DNA of 64,000 nt from positions 40,683 through 104,682 of the forward strand of contig JAYODQ010000001.1 in the NCBI GenBank assembly GCA_038106355.1, given 5' to 3'. Made by a program: the position numbers and the translations under genes. Positions within the stretch are counted from its first letter, which is position 1. Each line of letters starts with the position of its first letter. The notes beneath the pieces are model-generated. The model was given only the letters and a program-made list of their open reading frames with translations. It did not search any database and had not been told where the DNA came from. This document shows, piece after piece, positions 50,383 to 60,470 of the stretch. Origin of the DNA: Candidatus Poseidoniales archaeon (GTDB lineage: Archaea > Thermoplasmatota > Poseidoniia > Poseidoniales > Poseidoniaceae).

Positions 50383-51587
50383 GTTTCATCCTCCTTCGAT
50401 TCAAAATTCATTGATACTGAATTGATACAATATCGTTCGCCACCAAAAGCTCTCGGGCCATCATCAAATACATGACCTAGATGTGCATCGCATTTATGGC
50501 AACGCACCTCGATTCTCTTCATGCCATGACTCAAATCTTCAATTCGTACAATTTGTGCTGAATCTAATTCGCTATGAAATGAAGGCCACCCGCACCCTGA
50601 ATCGAATTTTGAAATGCTGTCAAAAAGAGGGTGGTTGCAGCATTTACAAGTGAATATTCCTTGCCGTTTTTCAGACAACAATGTACCTGTAAATGGACGC
50701 TCGGTACCAGATTGCCGTGTGACGTAATATTCAAGATCTGTTAAGGTCGACTTATATTTTTCATCGAGGAATTTTTTTTCCAAACTTAACGCATTTTGAA
50801 GAACTTCTTCCCACGACATTTGATATTCAATGGGGTCTTTTTTTCCTACGGCATGAAATGCAAGGATTCTTTCGACATCAGACCCGGTTTTTCCTGAAGA
50901 ACGGCCCTCTGAATCTGGTTCATAAGAGGTTATGGTGCGTTTGAATACATCATCAAATTCGATGTTTAATATCTCGCAAGATTGAATTGCATCTTGCAAA
51001 ATTGTTGCCTTATCTCCATGTAAATAAGGCAAATCAAAGGAGACTCGTTCGCTATCCCAATTACCAAGGTAGAATGCATGTGAGAGTGCATCATAAAATT
51101 CAGGGCGGCAATCTGGATAAATTGCATGGTCACCAGCATGAACTCCAAGGCCGATTTTTACAGATGAATTCAACTCTTGGGCAATTGAAAGTGCTTTGCC
51201 GTAGACAATGGATGAAAAAATGGCATTGCGATTCGGAACAACTGTGGCTTTCATTTGCGATTCCTCGTAGTGGCCTGTTGGTATACTCTCATGTTCCGAA
51301 ATAAGTGCACTTTTGAATAGTTTCATTGCAGACGATAAATCTGCGATTTCATGGACAATATTATGTCCAGAGTCCTTCAACAATTGGATGAAACTTTTTG
51401 CCCGTTCGATTTCGATTGCATGTTTTTGACCATAATTGAATGAAATTGCAATGACATTGAATTGTTTTGCAAGATAATGGAGTACGAGAGATGTTGAATC
51501 CATGCCTCCTGAAAGGGAGATGACAGCTATTTGTTTGGACACTATTTCACCCCCATCCATTTGTGGGTTTGTAGAGACAATCTCCAT
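50379..51587 (-). CDS. queC: Fusion protein: 7-cyano-7-deazaguanine synthase QueC (PP-loop ATPase) plus C-terminal methionine-R-sulfoxide reductase MsrB
   Basis: QueC module: [13 protein letters not shown] (PP-loop), [28 protein letters not shown]. MsrB module (aa ~270-402): [58 protein letters not shown] single uninterrupted 402-aa ORF. Confidence 0.75.
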   Translation of the reverse strand: MEIVSTNPQMDGGEIVSKQIAVISLSGGMDSTSLVLHYLAKQFNVIAISFNYGQKHAIEIERAKSFIQLLKDSGHNIVHEIADLSSAMKLFKSALISEHESIPTGHYEESQMKATVVPNRNAIFSSIVYGKALSIAQELNSSVKIGLGVHAGDHAIYPDCRPEFYDALSHAFYLGNWDSERVSFDLPYLHGDKATILQDAIQSCEILNIEFDDVFKRTITSYEPDSEGRSSGKTGSDVERILAFHAVGKKDPIEYQMSWEEVLQNALSLEKKFLDEKYKSTLTDLEYYVTRQSGTERPFTGTLLSEKRQGIFTCKCCNHPLFDSISKFDSGCGWPSFHSELDSAQIVRIEDLSHGMKRIEVRCHKCDAHLGHVFDDGPRAFGGERYCINSVSMNFESKEDET

Positions 51588-52195
51588 CCTGGATTGTTTT
51601 TGACAACTTCTTCTGTCATCGAGAAATTAATTCCATTTTGTTCAACCGTATCGGCCTCAATGTAACATGGTTGAAGGTATAGATGCTTAAAACCCGACTT
51701 TAATTCATCGTACATTGTTAACTCTTGGCCAACAAAAACACACTTTAATTCATCACCGGTCCGTTGTCGAATTTTTACATGAGGATACATTTGGTCCTTT
51801 GGAGAGATGGTGATCCAGTCTACGAGGCCTTCGGGGATGGCAATGGTTCCATTACTTTCGATTGATATTGAGTATTGCCTCGTTTTGAGTAATCGGTGAA
51901 GTGGCCATAAATCATTGAGCATCGGTTCGCCCCCGGTAAAAATCACATTCTTGCAATTAAATTTCATGATTTCAGCAAGAATATCAATCGCTTTCCATTT
52001 TGAATATGTTTCAAAATCAGTATCGCACCATTCGCATTGCAAGTTACACTTTCCAAATCGCACAAAGACATGGGGGATGCCAACTCGATGACCTTCTCCC
52101 TGAACCGAATGGAAAATTTCGACGATATTGTATTCTACTGCTAAATCTGATGCTAGATCCTTGATAACATCACCCGACAAACCACAATCGTTCAT
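51542..52195 (-). CDS. queE: 7-carboxy-7-deazaguanine synthase (radical SAM)
   Basis: [31 protein letters not shown] is the classic QueE cluster. 217 aa. Confidence 0.8.
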   Translation of the reverse strand: MNDCGLSGDVIKDLASDLAVEYNIVEIFHSVQGEGHRVGIPHVFVRFGKCNLQCEWCDTDFETYSKWKAIDILAEIMKFNCKNVIFTGGEPMLNDLWPLHRLLKTRQYSISIESNGTIAIPEGLVDWITISPKDQMYPHVKIRQRTGDELKCVFVGQELTMYDELKSGFKHLYLQPCYIEADTVEQNGINFSMTEEVVKNNPGWRLSLQTHKWMGVK

Positions 52196-52203
52196 CTTCT
52201 CAC

Positions 52204-52770
52204 CTATGAACGAATCAATTGTAGAAGTTCAGATCTCGCTTCTTGTTTTTCAAAAAAGACCCCTCGCATAGCTGAAGTTGTCATGATTGCCTGTTGTTTT
52301 TTCACACCTCTGCATTGCATACATCCATGTGATGCTTCTAAAATCACGCCGCAACCTAAAGGACCGAGATGTTGCTCCAAATCATCTGCTATGGATTTTG
52401 TAATTCTTTCCTGATTCTGCAACCGTCTCGCATGAAGGTCGACTAGTCGCGCAAGTTTGCTGATGCCGACAATTCTGTCAACTGGAATATAAGCGACGTG
52501 AGCTACTCCATTGAAAGGTTGCAAATGATGTTCACATGTCGATGCAAATTCAATGTTTTTGAGTAACACAATTCCATCGTATTCTTCTCCATTAAAAGTT
52601 GCATCCAAGATGTCGGCAGCAGATTGATTGTAACCCGAAAAAATCTCATCCCAAGATTCAATGACACGTTCAGGTGTTCGTTCTAAACCTTCTCTATTGG
52701 TAGCATCTCGTCCCTCGAGATATTCAAGCAGTGTTCGAATTGCTTGTTCTGCTTCTTTTCTATTTGTCAT
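52204..52770 (-). CDS. folE: GTP cyclohydrolase I
   Basis: CEHHLQPFNGVAHVAYIP and GVKKQQ..TTSA motifs. Start set at ATG 52768-52770, preceded by GGAGGAGTGG. Confidence 0.8.
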   Translation of the reverse strand: MTNRKEAEQAIRTLLEYLEGRDATNREGLERTPERVIESWDEIFSGYNQSAADILDATFNGEEYDGIVLLKNIEFASTCEHHLQPFNGVAHVAYIPVDRIVGISKLARLVDLHARRLQNQERITKSIADDLEQHLGPLGCGVILEASHGCMQCRGVKKQQAIMTTSAMRGVFFEKQEARSELLQLIRS

Positions 52771-52976
52771 GTTAACCACTCCTCCCATGCCGTTCGTCAA
52801 TGAGGTCCAATTGATCGAGCATCTTCCTACAAGCCGTGCGAATAGCATCAGCCAAACTGATGAATTTCTTTTCGTCACCAACATGGATTTTCAAGTCGTC
52901 AACAAGCTCTTGCGGCATATCAAGTGAAATCTTTGGCATATTATACTGCATACTATAGTATTATTATAATATTATC

Positions 52977-54545
52977 ATGCGATTATTTATTTCCTTCATC
53001 AACATGATAGCCATAAGGTTGAAAGAACGCCTCGGTTGCAAAGTTGATATGCAGTCCATGACCGCATCATTGAGCATCCTCGAAAAAATGAGAAAAAATT
53101 CTGGTCAAAAATCAACGCAGGGTTTGACCAACGACGAAATAACCCATTTTTCGAGAGTTGATCCCACATTAGAAATTGCCATTCAGGAGGCAATGGAGTA
53201 CCGAAATACCATTGAAACCGAATACGGTAAAGAATTGTTCATGATGAATGAACTAGAGTTATGTAAACAATTGCAGGAAGGCTTCGTAAATTTTTACTCC
53301 GCACCAACAATTAATCCATATGTAGCACTTTCAGCAAGAGGTCCTTGGATTGTGACTTCGCACGGTGCAGTCATTCATGACAATGGGGGGTATGGTATGT
53401 TGGGATTTGGGCATGGACCTGAACATGTCATTCAAGCGATGTCAAAGAATTGGGTCATGGCCAATGTCATGACGCCGTCATTTTCTCAATTCAAATTCAA
53501 TGAACGAATGCGCATGGAATTGGGCCATTCAAGAGGGGAGTGTCCGTTCGATCGGTTCATCTGTATGAATAGTGGTTCTGAATCTGTTACCGTCGCCTGC
53601 AGGATTGCTGATGTAAATGCAAAATTATTGACTGACCCGGGCGGAAGGCATGAAGGCAAAGAAATCGTCATGATGGCCGTGGTTCAAGGCTTCCATGGTC
53701 GAACCGATCGACCTGCACAAATGTCGCATTCGTGTTTATCCAAATACGTTCAAAATTTGGCATCGTTCCGTCATCGCAAAAATCTTATTCTTGTTCCAGC
53801 AAATGATGTTGATGCACTTCAACACGCGTTTCAATCTGCTGAAGAAAACAACCAATTCATAGAGTTATTTGCAATTGAACCAGTTCAGGGTGAAGGCAAT
53901 CCCGGACAAGCTCTTGACCGTGCTTTTTACGATGAAGCCCGCAGATTATCAACAGAACATGGTTCAATTTTACTCATTGATTCAATTCAAGCTGGATTAC
54001 GAGGCCATGGATGTTTGTCACTTGTGGATTATCCAGGTTTTGAAACGTGTGAGGTACCAGATTGTGAGACCTGGTCAAAAGCATTGAATGCAGGGCAGTA
54101 CCCTTTGTCCGTTCTTGGATTATCCACCCGAGCAGCTGATTTGTATGCAGCGGGAATTTACGGAAACACAATGACAACAAATCCACGAGCACTAGAGGTG
54201 GCAATATCGGTGCTCGATAGCCTACGGGATGGCTTACGAGACAACATTAGGAATCGAGGCATCGAATTTGTTGAAAAATTGAGCACCTTCGTTGATGAAT
54301 TTCCAGAAATTTGTTTGAAAGTTCAAGGAACAGGTTTGTTATGTTCAATTGAATTAAATCAAGAAACACACCCAGTGATAGGATTTCATGGCGTTGAAAC
54401 ATGGTGCAGAATGCGTGGGTTAGGAGTTATTCACGGAGGCATAAATGCACTTCGATTTACTTCTCACCTTGAAATCACATCCGAAGAAATCGACCTCATC
54501 ATGACCATTCTTAGAGAATGTTTCATGAGTTATTCGCTTAACTGA
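52977..54545 (+). CDS. Class III (omega) PLP-dependent aminotransferase
   Basis: SGSESVTVACRIA, QGFHGRT, LLIDSIQAGL and WSKALNAG (PLP Lys) in the order expected for class III aminotransferases. The specific substrate is not assignable. Confidence 0.6.
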   Translation: MRLFISFINMIAIRLKERLGCKVDMQSMTASLSILEKMRKNSGQKSTQGLTNDEITHFSRVDPTLEIAIQEAMEYRNTIETEYGKELFMMNELELCKQLQEGFVNFYSAPTINPYVALSARGPWIVTSHGAVIHDNGGYGMLGFGHGPEHVIQAMSKNWVMANVMTPSFSQFKFNERMRMELGHSRGECPFDRFICMNSGSESVTVACRIADVNAKLLTDPGGRHEGKEIVMMAVVQGFHGRTDRPAQMSHSCLSKYVQNLASFRHRKNLILVPANDVDALQHAFQSAEENNQFIELFAIEPVQGEGNPGQALDRAFYDEARRLSTEHGSILLIDSIQAGLRGHGCLSLVDYPGFETCEVPDCETWSKALNAGQYPLSVLGLSTRAADLYAAGIYGNTMTTNPRALEVAISVLDSLRDGLRDNIRNRGIEFVEKLSTFVDEFPEICLKVQGTGLLCSIELNQETHPVIGFHGVETWCRMRGLGVIHGGINALRFTSHLEITSEEIDLIMTILRECFMSYSLN

Positions 54546-55761
54546 TGCTCGTGACGAGGTCTTCACGTTTGAATTGCCGAGATGCATACATTGCAGCTGC
54601 TGCTGCATAGAGTAACGATGTTGAAATCCAAATAACGATGTGGTCGAAAACAACCCTGTCCATAAGTAATTCACGTAATGCAAGCATGACATTGACCACT
54701 GGAATTGCAAACCAAAACGACTCAATGTTATCCAAATTGATGACTTGACTGAACAATGCTGGAAACAAGATGAACAAAACAGCCGGTCCGAGTATCGAAC
54801 CAGCTTCTTTTACACTATGCGACCTTATGGCGATTGCGAGTTCAATTGCAACCACCATGACTGCAAACAAGAGCACTGCACAGAAAAGTAAGATGAGACT
54901 TAATGCGGACAGAGATGGCAGGCTAAACATATTTGTTGAAGCCAAATATGTTATGGCAAAGAGCAATCCAGCGATTTGCAAGGCAACGCCTATGGCAGTA
55001 ATCGTTCCAACAGCGAGCCACTTTCCTAAAAGCAATTCTCTACGTGTACAGGGCAACCCAAGTAGTGCCTCAAGTGTGCCTCGCTCTTTTTCAGCAACGG
55101 TCATATCAATTGATGGTTGGATGGCTGAAGTGAACGTCCATACCGACAACACCAATGGAATGAACAATGAAAGAATCATTCCCGATTGCTCTCCTTTCGT
55201 CGCAACATCATTTGCGACATATTGACCCTCAGAGCGAATTGGGTCTAATGTATCATCAACATCAAGTCCAGCACCTTCAATCCGTGTTTCAACTTCAACT
55301 TGCTCCCACTGATCCAGAATCTGTAGTATACGTGATCTCGACTCCAGGCTCATTTCTGACGTTGATAGATAAAGGAGATTGTAGGTATAGGTTTCATTTT
55401 CTTTACTAATTTTGAGTATAGCATCTATGCTGAGACTCCGAAGAGACTCAAGGTCTACATCAGAAATAAAGGATAGATTTTCATCTTGCGGTGAAGAAAT
55501 CGAAATATTGAAATTCGAATTTTCAAAGTACACATTAAATTCAGTGGGATCAAGATTTGTTTGAATTTCAATCGACAACTCCATCAGTTCTCGTTCTTCA
55601 GCTTCTGACTCGAGTAAGACGGGAAATAAGATGAACAGCACAGGGAAAAGGAGCAATGGTATCACCAAAATAGCGAGAATCGTTCTCCAGTCTCGTGCAA
55701 ATTCAACCAATTCTTTTTTGGCGATTGTTCGAACACGGTGACCCGATTTATTCACTTTCAT
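54538..55761 (-). CDS. ABC-2 type transporter permease with large extracytoplasmic N-terminal domain
   Basis: MKVNKSGHRVRTIAKKELVEFARDWR start with TM1, a ~180 aa loop, then five C-terminal TMs. Directly follows the ATPase stop. Confidence 0.6.
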   Translation of the reverse strand: MKVNKSGHRVRTIAKKELVEFARDWRTILAILVIPLLLFPVLFILFPVLLESEAEERELMELSIEIQTNLDPTEFNVYFENSNFNISISSPQDENLSFISDVDLESLRSLSIDAILKISKENETYTYNLLYLSTSEMSLESRSRILQILDQWEQVEVETRIEGAGLDVDDTLDPIRSEGQYVANDVATKGEQSGMILSLFIPLVLSVWTFTSAIQPSIDMTVAEKERGTLEALLGLPCTRRELLLGKWLAVGTITAIGVALQIAGLLFAITYLASTNMFSLPSLSALSLILLFCAVLLFAVMVVAIELAIAIRSHSVKEAGSILGPAVLFILFPALFSQVINLDNIESFWFAIPVVNVMLALRELLMDRVVFDHIVIWISTSLLYAAAAAMYASRQFKREDLVTSIS

Positions 55762-56590
55762 CACCACCGGTTTCATAGTGCGGTAGTTTTCCAGTGAAAA
55801 GTTGCCTCCACATGGATGAAATTTTTGTTGATTTTTCTTCATTCTCAAATCTTTGCCGTGCATCATCCTTTGTCAATTCTACATAGGCTTCCTCAAGTGT
55901 GGATTGTTGAGTTGCTTCCAAAATCTCTTTAACGGTCCCGTTCGCTCGAATGTCTCCATTATGGATGATCACAATTCGTGTGCAAATTTGCTCTGCCTCA
56001 GCTAACTGGTGGGTTGAATATACAACTGTCCCGCCCTCGTCTTTCAATTTTTGAATCAATTTTTTGAGTGTTCTTGCACTTGTAATGTCCAAACCAGCAG
56101 TCGGTTCATCGAGTAAAAGCAAATGAGGTGAATGTGCTAGAGCCCTTAGTAAAGCGGTCTTTTGTCTCATTCCACGAGAGAATCCTTTGGTGTGTCGTGC
56201 GAGAGCATCAGTCATACCGAGTGGTAGTGCAAGTTGTGATGTCCTCCTCCATGCAAATTCATCTGAAACTCCATACAATCGACTATGGTATCGAATGTTT
56301 TCCCAAGCTGTAAGCCGTGAATAGAGACCAGTCGATTCGGGGACTACACCAATTCTTTGCCTGGCTTTTTCTATGGATTCACCATTCTCAAATCGAATTT
56401 CACCCTCTGATGGAACATACACTCCAGAGAGCAGACGAAGCAATGTCGTTTTTCCAGCGCCATTCGAACCAACGAGGCCAATAATTTCTCCTTTTTGGAT
56501 ATCCAAATCCACCGAATTCAATACCCGTAATTCACCGAAGTTTTTCGATACGTTACGGGCGGTGAGTAACATTTCCACCATTGAGTTCAA
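55748..56590 (-). CDS. ABC transporter ATP-binding protein
   Basis: Walker A GLVGSNGAGKTT, signature LSGGMRQK-like (FSRGMRQK), Walker B LLLLDEPTAGLD. Confidence 0.85.
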   Translation of the reverse strand: MNSMVEMLLTARNVSKNFGELRVLNSVDLDIQKGEIIGLVGSNGAGKTTLLRLLSGVYVPSEGEIRFENGESIEKARQRIGVVPESTGLYSRLTAWENIRYHSRLYGVSDEFAWRRTSQLALPLGMTDALARHTKGFSRGMRQKTALLRALAHSPHLLLLDEPTAGLDITSARTLKKLIQKLKDEGGTVVYSTHQLAEAEQICTRIVIIHNGDIRANGTVKEILEATQQSTLEEAYVELTKDDARQRFENEEKSTKISSMWRQLFTGKLPHYETGGDESE

Positions 56591-56931
56591 CTCGCCCTTC
56601 CTTGCTCGATTGCAAGGTTTAGGCCTGGATGCTTACTTTCTAATTTCATTGCCCGCTCCAATTGGGATTGAAGGTTTTGATGAATTTCAGTTTGATGTAC
56701 TCCGACTTCAACCAAATTTGCAATCATTTCGATTGCACCTTGTATTGCTCCTGCATCGAGAAATGCTTCGTTTGAAATAATTCGCTTTATTCTCAACTCA
56801 TCAAGTCGTTGAGCAATAAAATCTGCTTCTTGTTTCAATCTTGGCCCATCAATGTGAGGTAACGCAAGCAAATGGTCGATGCATGTTCTCATGTGAACAC
56901 TCAAACGATGTTCCAATATATTAGTTGGCAT
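56587..56931 (-). CDS. Hypothetical helical protein, first gene of the ABC-2 operon
   Basis: 114 aa. ATGA overlap with the ABC ATPase start. No motif recognised. Confidence 0.3.
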   Translation of the reverse strand: MPTNILEHRLSVHMRTCIDHLLALPHIDGPRLKQEADFIAQRLDELRIKRIISNEAFLDAGAIQGAIEMIANLVEVGVHQTEIHQNLQSQLERAMKLESKHPGLNLAIEQGRAS

Positions 56932-56937
56932 GAATTT

Positions 56938-57372
56938 TCATGGTGCATGTTCAGATAATTCTACCAACACACCACCAGTTGAAGAGGGATGGACGAATGC
57001 AATTTTGCATCCTCCTGCACCATTTTTTGGTGTTTCATCAATCATTCGAATTCCGTTGGCCATGAGATATTCAATCATTGTTCGAATGTTATCGACACGA
57101 AAACAAATTTGCTGAACTCCAGGACCTCTTTTTTGAAGGAATCGACCAATTGGTGAATCCGGGGATTGAGGTTCCAAAAGTTCAATTCTTGGTGCGATGG
57201 GGTTACCAGAGTTATCATCGGTTGAAAAAAATCGAATATTGACGCCTTGTTCATCGTTGGCTTCATCATGCTCATTTTGGTTCAAACCAATGAGTTTCCA
57301 AAAATGAGTGCCTTCAAGAAGGGAGTTCGTTGCAATTCCTATGTGGTCTAGATAAATACTACCAATTTTCAT
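56938..57372 (-). CDS. mce: Methylmalonyl-CoA epimerase (VOC/glyoxalase family)
   Basis: LDHIGIATNSL...IELLEPQSPDSPIGRFLQKRGPGVQQICFRVDNI...CKIAFVHPSSTGGVLVELSE is colinear with MCE. Confidence 0.75.
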   Translation of the reverse strand: MKIGSIYLDHIGIATNSLLEGTHFWKLIGLNQNEHDEANDEQGVNIRFFSTDDNSGNPIAPRIELLEPQSPDSPIGRFLQKRGPGVQQICFRVDNIRTMIEYLMANGIRMIDETPKNGAGGCKIAFVHPSSTGGVLVELSEHAP

Positions 57373-57380
57373 TCGATCAC

Positions 57381-59009
57381 CTAAAATCCAGAAGGAGACA
57401 TATATTCACCAAATACTCTTTTCATTGAGTCCATAATTTCACCGAGGGTTGCTCGTATACGAACAGCTTCGATGACAAGCGGAAATAAATTCTCACCCGA
57501 ACGCGCAGCGTTTTCTATTTCATTCAAAATCAAATCTACCTTTTCTTGATTTCGATTTGTTCGTAACATGTTTAATTTTTTAGCTTGTTCATCTTGAAGA
57601 TTTGCATTGATTTTCGTGGTGGGAATGTTGTTGTCTTCGTCCATTTCTCCATAGTTTACGCCCACTATTCTCCGAACATTTTGTTCAATTTCTCGCAGAT
57701 ATTTGTAAGCAGATAAATGAATCTCTTTCTGTTGCCAGCCGGCTTCAATTGCACTTAATGCTCCACCCATTTGTAAAATTTCATCGATGACTTTTTTTGA
57801 ATGAATGTACATTTGTTGTGTCAAATATTCGACATGATAGGACCCCCCGAGTGGGTCGACGATATCAGCGATTCCTGATTCCTCTGCAATAATTTGTTGT
57901 GTTCGCAAGGCCACGGTTGCAGAAGCTTCGGTAGGAAGTCCTAGTGCTTCATCATACGAATTTGTATGCAGTGATTGTGTTCCACCAAGAACCGATGCGA
58001 GTGCTTGAATGGTGACCCGAGAAATGTTGTTCAGTGGTTGCTGTGCTGTAAGACTTACTCCGGCTACTTGTGTATGAAAGCGAAGCATCGAAGACCGTGG
58101 ATTTTGTGGCGAATAGCGTTCTTGTACGATATCATGCCAAAGAGTTCGTGCTGCCCTAAATTTTGAAATTTCTTCAAAAAAATCATTGTGGCAATTAAAG
58201 AAAAAAGAAACCCTTGGTGCAACATCGTCAATGTCCAAACCTACGCTGATGGCGGCGTCCAGATATTCGATGGCATTTGCTAATGTGAATGCTAATTCTT
58301 GGATCGCTGTTGAACCTGCTTCTCGTATATGGTATCCAGATATTGATATGGTATTCCAAAGCGGAACGTCCTTGTTGCAAAATTGAAACACATCTGTGAT
58401 CAATCTCATGCTGGGTTTGGGCGGAAAGACGTGTGTTCCGCGGGCAATGTATTCTTTGAGAATGTCATTTTGAATGGTCCCTTGCAGGCGATTCGATTGG
58501 ACACCTTGTTCTTCTGCAGCAACAATGTACATTGCCAATACAATCATTGCAGGAGAATTAATGGTCATTGAAGTGCTCACTTTATCCATTGGTATTCCAT
58601 CAAAGAGTTCCTTCATATCTTCGACTGAAGAGATGGAAACGCCAACTTTCCCAACTTCACCATAAGCAAGTTCATGGTCAGCATCAATTCCAAGTTGGGT
58701 GGGTAAATCAAATGCTACAGACAACCCCTTTTGTCCTTGCTCTAAAAGAAATTTGAATCTTAAATTCGTTTCAGATGCACTCGAAAATCCAGCGTATTGT
58801 CTCATTGTCCAAAGACGGCTTCGATACATTTGTTCATGGATGCCCCTCGTGTAAGGAGGATGACCAGCAATTTCTTCGTATTGACTACCATTTTGTGAAT
58901 TTACATCACTTGAAGTTACAATATGGTGTGGTAAATGTACCCCACTAAGTGTTTTCCACTCTTCCTTTCTCATCGGCTTCATTTGAGGGAGGGTGTGGTT
59001 GTTCATCAA
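57381..59009 (-). CDS. mcmA: Methylmalonyl-CoA mutase, catalytic (N-terminal) subunit; no B12-binding domain in this ORF
   Basis: YTRGIHEQMYRSRLWTMRQYAGFSSASETNLRFKFLLEQGQKGLSVAFDLPTQLG is the diagnostic MCM core. 542 aa, which is the split archaeal form. Confidence 0.85.
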   Translation of the reverse strand: MMNNHTLPQMKPMRKEEWKTLSGVHLPHHIVTSSDVNSQNGSQYEEIAGHPPYTRGIHEQMYRSRLWTMRQYAGFSSASETNLRFKFLLEQGQKGLSVAFDLPTQLGIDADHELAYGEVGKVGVSISSVEDMKELFDGIPMDKVSTSMTINSPAMIVLAMYIVAAEEQGVQSNRLQGTIQNDILKEYIARGTHVFPPKPSMRLITDVFQFCNKDVPLWNTISISGYHIREAGSTAIQELAFTLANAIEYLDAAISVGLDIDDVAPRVSFFFNCHNDFFEEISKFRAARTLWHDIVQERYSPQNPRSSMLRFHTQVAGVSLTAQQPLNNISRVTIQALASVLGGTQSLHTNSYDEALGLPTEASATVALRTQQIIAEESGIADIVDPLGGSYHVEYLTQQMYIHSKKVIDEILQMGGALSAIEAGWQQKEIHLSAYKYLREIEQNVRRIVGVNYGEMDEDNNIPTTKINANLQDEQAKKLNMLRTNRNQEKVDLILNEIENAARSGENLFPLVIEAVRIRATLGEIMDSMKRVFGEYMSPSGF

Positions 59010-59023
59010 AGTACGGTAACAAA

Positions 59024-59521
59024 TCAGTGATGATGGTGCCCACCGGGGCCATGTGCATGGCCGTGTGCTTTTTCTTCATCGGTTGCAGCACGTAACTCAA
59101 CGACTTCAACCGAAAAATGTAGTGATTTTCCTGCAAGCTCGTGATTAAAATCTGCTGTTACCATGTCTTCTCCGATTTCGGTGATCGTGAAAGGTGCAGG
59201 TCCTTGAGGCATTTGAGCTACAAGTTGAATTCCTACTTCCAACAAACCTTCTTTTTCCAATTCCTCAAAATTTGACTTTTCAATTTGCAAAAGTGCATTA
59301 TCATCGCGCTCTCCGTAAGCTCTTGATGGTTCTAACGTAAATTCACGTCGCTCCCCTATTTCTGCCCCTAGCATTTCTTCTTCAAACCCAGGTATCATTT
59401 GACCGTGCCCCACCAAAAAGGTGAGGGGGTCCCTTCCTTCGCTTGAATCAAAGACTTCGCCTGATTCGGGGTGGGTTCCTGTGTAATGTACTGATGCTAC
59501 TGTATCTTGTTCTAACTTCAT
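59024..59521 (-). CDS. slyD: FKBP-type peptidyl-prolyl isomerase, SlyD-like with His-rich tail
   Basis: VHYTGTHPESGEVFDSS...LTFLVGHGQMIPGFEE FKBP fold. C-terminal HGHAHGPGGHHHH. Confidence 0.75.
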   Translation of the reverse strand: MKLEQDTVASVHYTGTHPESGEVFDSSEGRDPLTFLVGHGQMIPGFEEEMLGAEIGERREFTLEPSRAYGERDDNALLQIEKSNFEELEKEGLLEVGIQLVAQMPQGPAPFTITEIGEDMVTADFNHELAGKSLHFSVEVVELRAATDEEKAHGHAHGPGGHHHH

Positions 59522-59523
59522 TT

Positions 59524-60426
59524 TTATCTCCTCGTTGTCATTTCTTTGACTAATCCTTTCAATTGTTGGCCAATGTCTTGACTCAAAATACCTTCATTGA
59601 TCTTTTCATCGATAAATTCGATGGCTACATCAATGCCCATTCGCTCTCCCTTTGCCCAGACTTGACCCAAAATATTGGAACGGTGAATTTCTGCGACACT
59701 TGGGCTGTCCAAAATCTCTCTTGCTGCGAAGCGATATTCGATACTCCGTTTCGAGTCAAGTTTCTTTTCCTTTTTCTGTGATCCGCCGCCTCGTTGATCT
59801 ATCCTTCTTTTTGGTCGACGACGATCCGAGGTATCAGTGACTTTGGTTTCTATTTTCTTAAAAACGTCTTTTCGTGATGATTTTCTTCTTTTCTTACCTT
59901 CTTGAAATTCATCTGAAAATTCTTCTTCTTCAAGCGAAACAACGACTTCTGAAGAATTTACTTTTCCGGTGGTTGCTGCAACTTTAGCTGGTTCTGGTTC
60001 GATGTGTACTCGATCTGACTTTGTAACCTCAGTAATGACTTGAACTTCCTTTTTGAGAGTCTTAGATTGCTCTGCTAATTTTGCCCTACGCTCCTCAGTG
60101 CTCAGGATTTTTGGATGACTTGAATTCGTTGCCCTCTCATTTGTGGAGTTGAATGGTTGGGGCTTGGGGGCAGTAGTTGTCCTTGATTCGACAAACTTTG
60201 TTTGTGTCACATCTCCTTGTTCCTGCAATTGCTGTTTCGATTCAGCTTGTCGTTCTTGAAGTGTTTTTTGGACAGGTTCAACAGTTGAAGGTGGAAGCCG
60301 TTGCTCCGGCCGCTTTTGTTGCGGAGGACGAGATTCTTGCATGCGCTTTCGTTCCTGCGCCGCATTAGGAGCAAACGGATTGAACGGCTCGCTTTTCTTA
60401 CGATTGGAAATTAGGCACTCCCCCAA
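59524..60426 (-). CDS. Lys/Glu/Gln-rich low-complexity protein with conserved ~90 aa C-terminal domain; function unknown
   Basis: 300 aa. The N-terminal 200 aa are highly charged low complexity. The C-terminus reads IEYRFAAREILDSPSVAEIHRSNILGQVWAKGERMGIDVAIEFIDEKINEG. Confidence 0.4.
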   Translation of the reverse strand: MGECLISNRKKSEPFNPFAPNAAQERKRMQESRPPQQKRPEQRLPPSTVEPVQKTLQERQAESKQQLQEQGDVTQTKFVESRTTTAPKPQPFNSTNERATNSSHPKILSTEERRAKLAEQSKTLKKEVQVITEVTKSDRVHIEPEPAKVAATTGKVNSSEVVVSLEEEEFSDEFQEGKKRRKSSRKDVFKKIETKVTDTSDRRRPKRRIDQRGGGSQKKEKKLDSKRSIEYRFAAREILDSPSVAEIHRSNILGQVWAKGERMGIDVAIEFIDEKINEGILSQDIGQQLKGLVKEMTTRR

Positions 60427-60470
60427 TCGAAACCGTATGCTGACCGTTTAAAATGTGTATGGCTTTGTTA

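Noticed and set aside
50379-51587. QueC-MsrB as two separate genes joined by a sequencing frameshift
   Set aside because: The ORF is continuous, with a plausible ~20-aa linker ([19 protein letters not shown]...) and a complete MsrB N-terminus in frame. A frameshift cannot be excluded without reads, so it is kept as a finding and not dismissed.
52661-52927. 88-aa ORF in the folE / aminotransferase divergent region
   Set aside because: It overlaps the folE 5' end and an AT-rich promoter region. There is no supporting motif. It is probably spurious.
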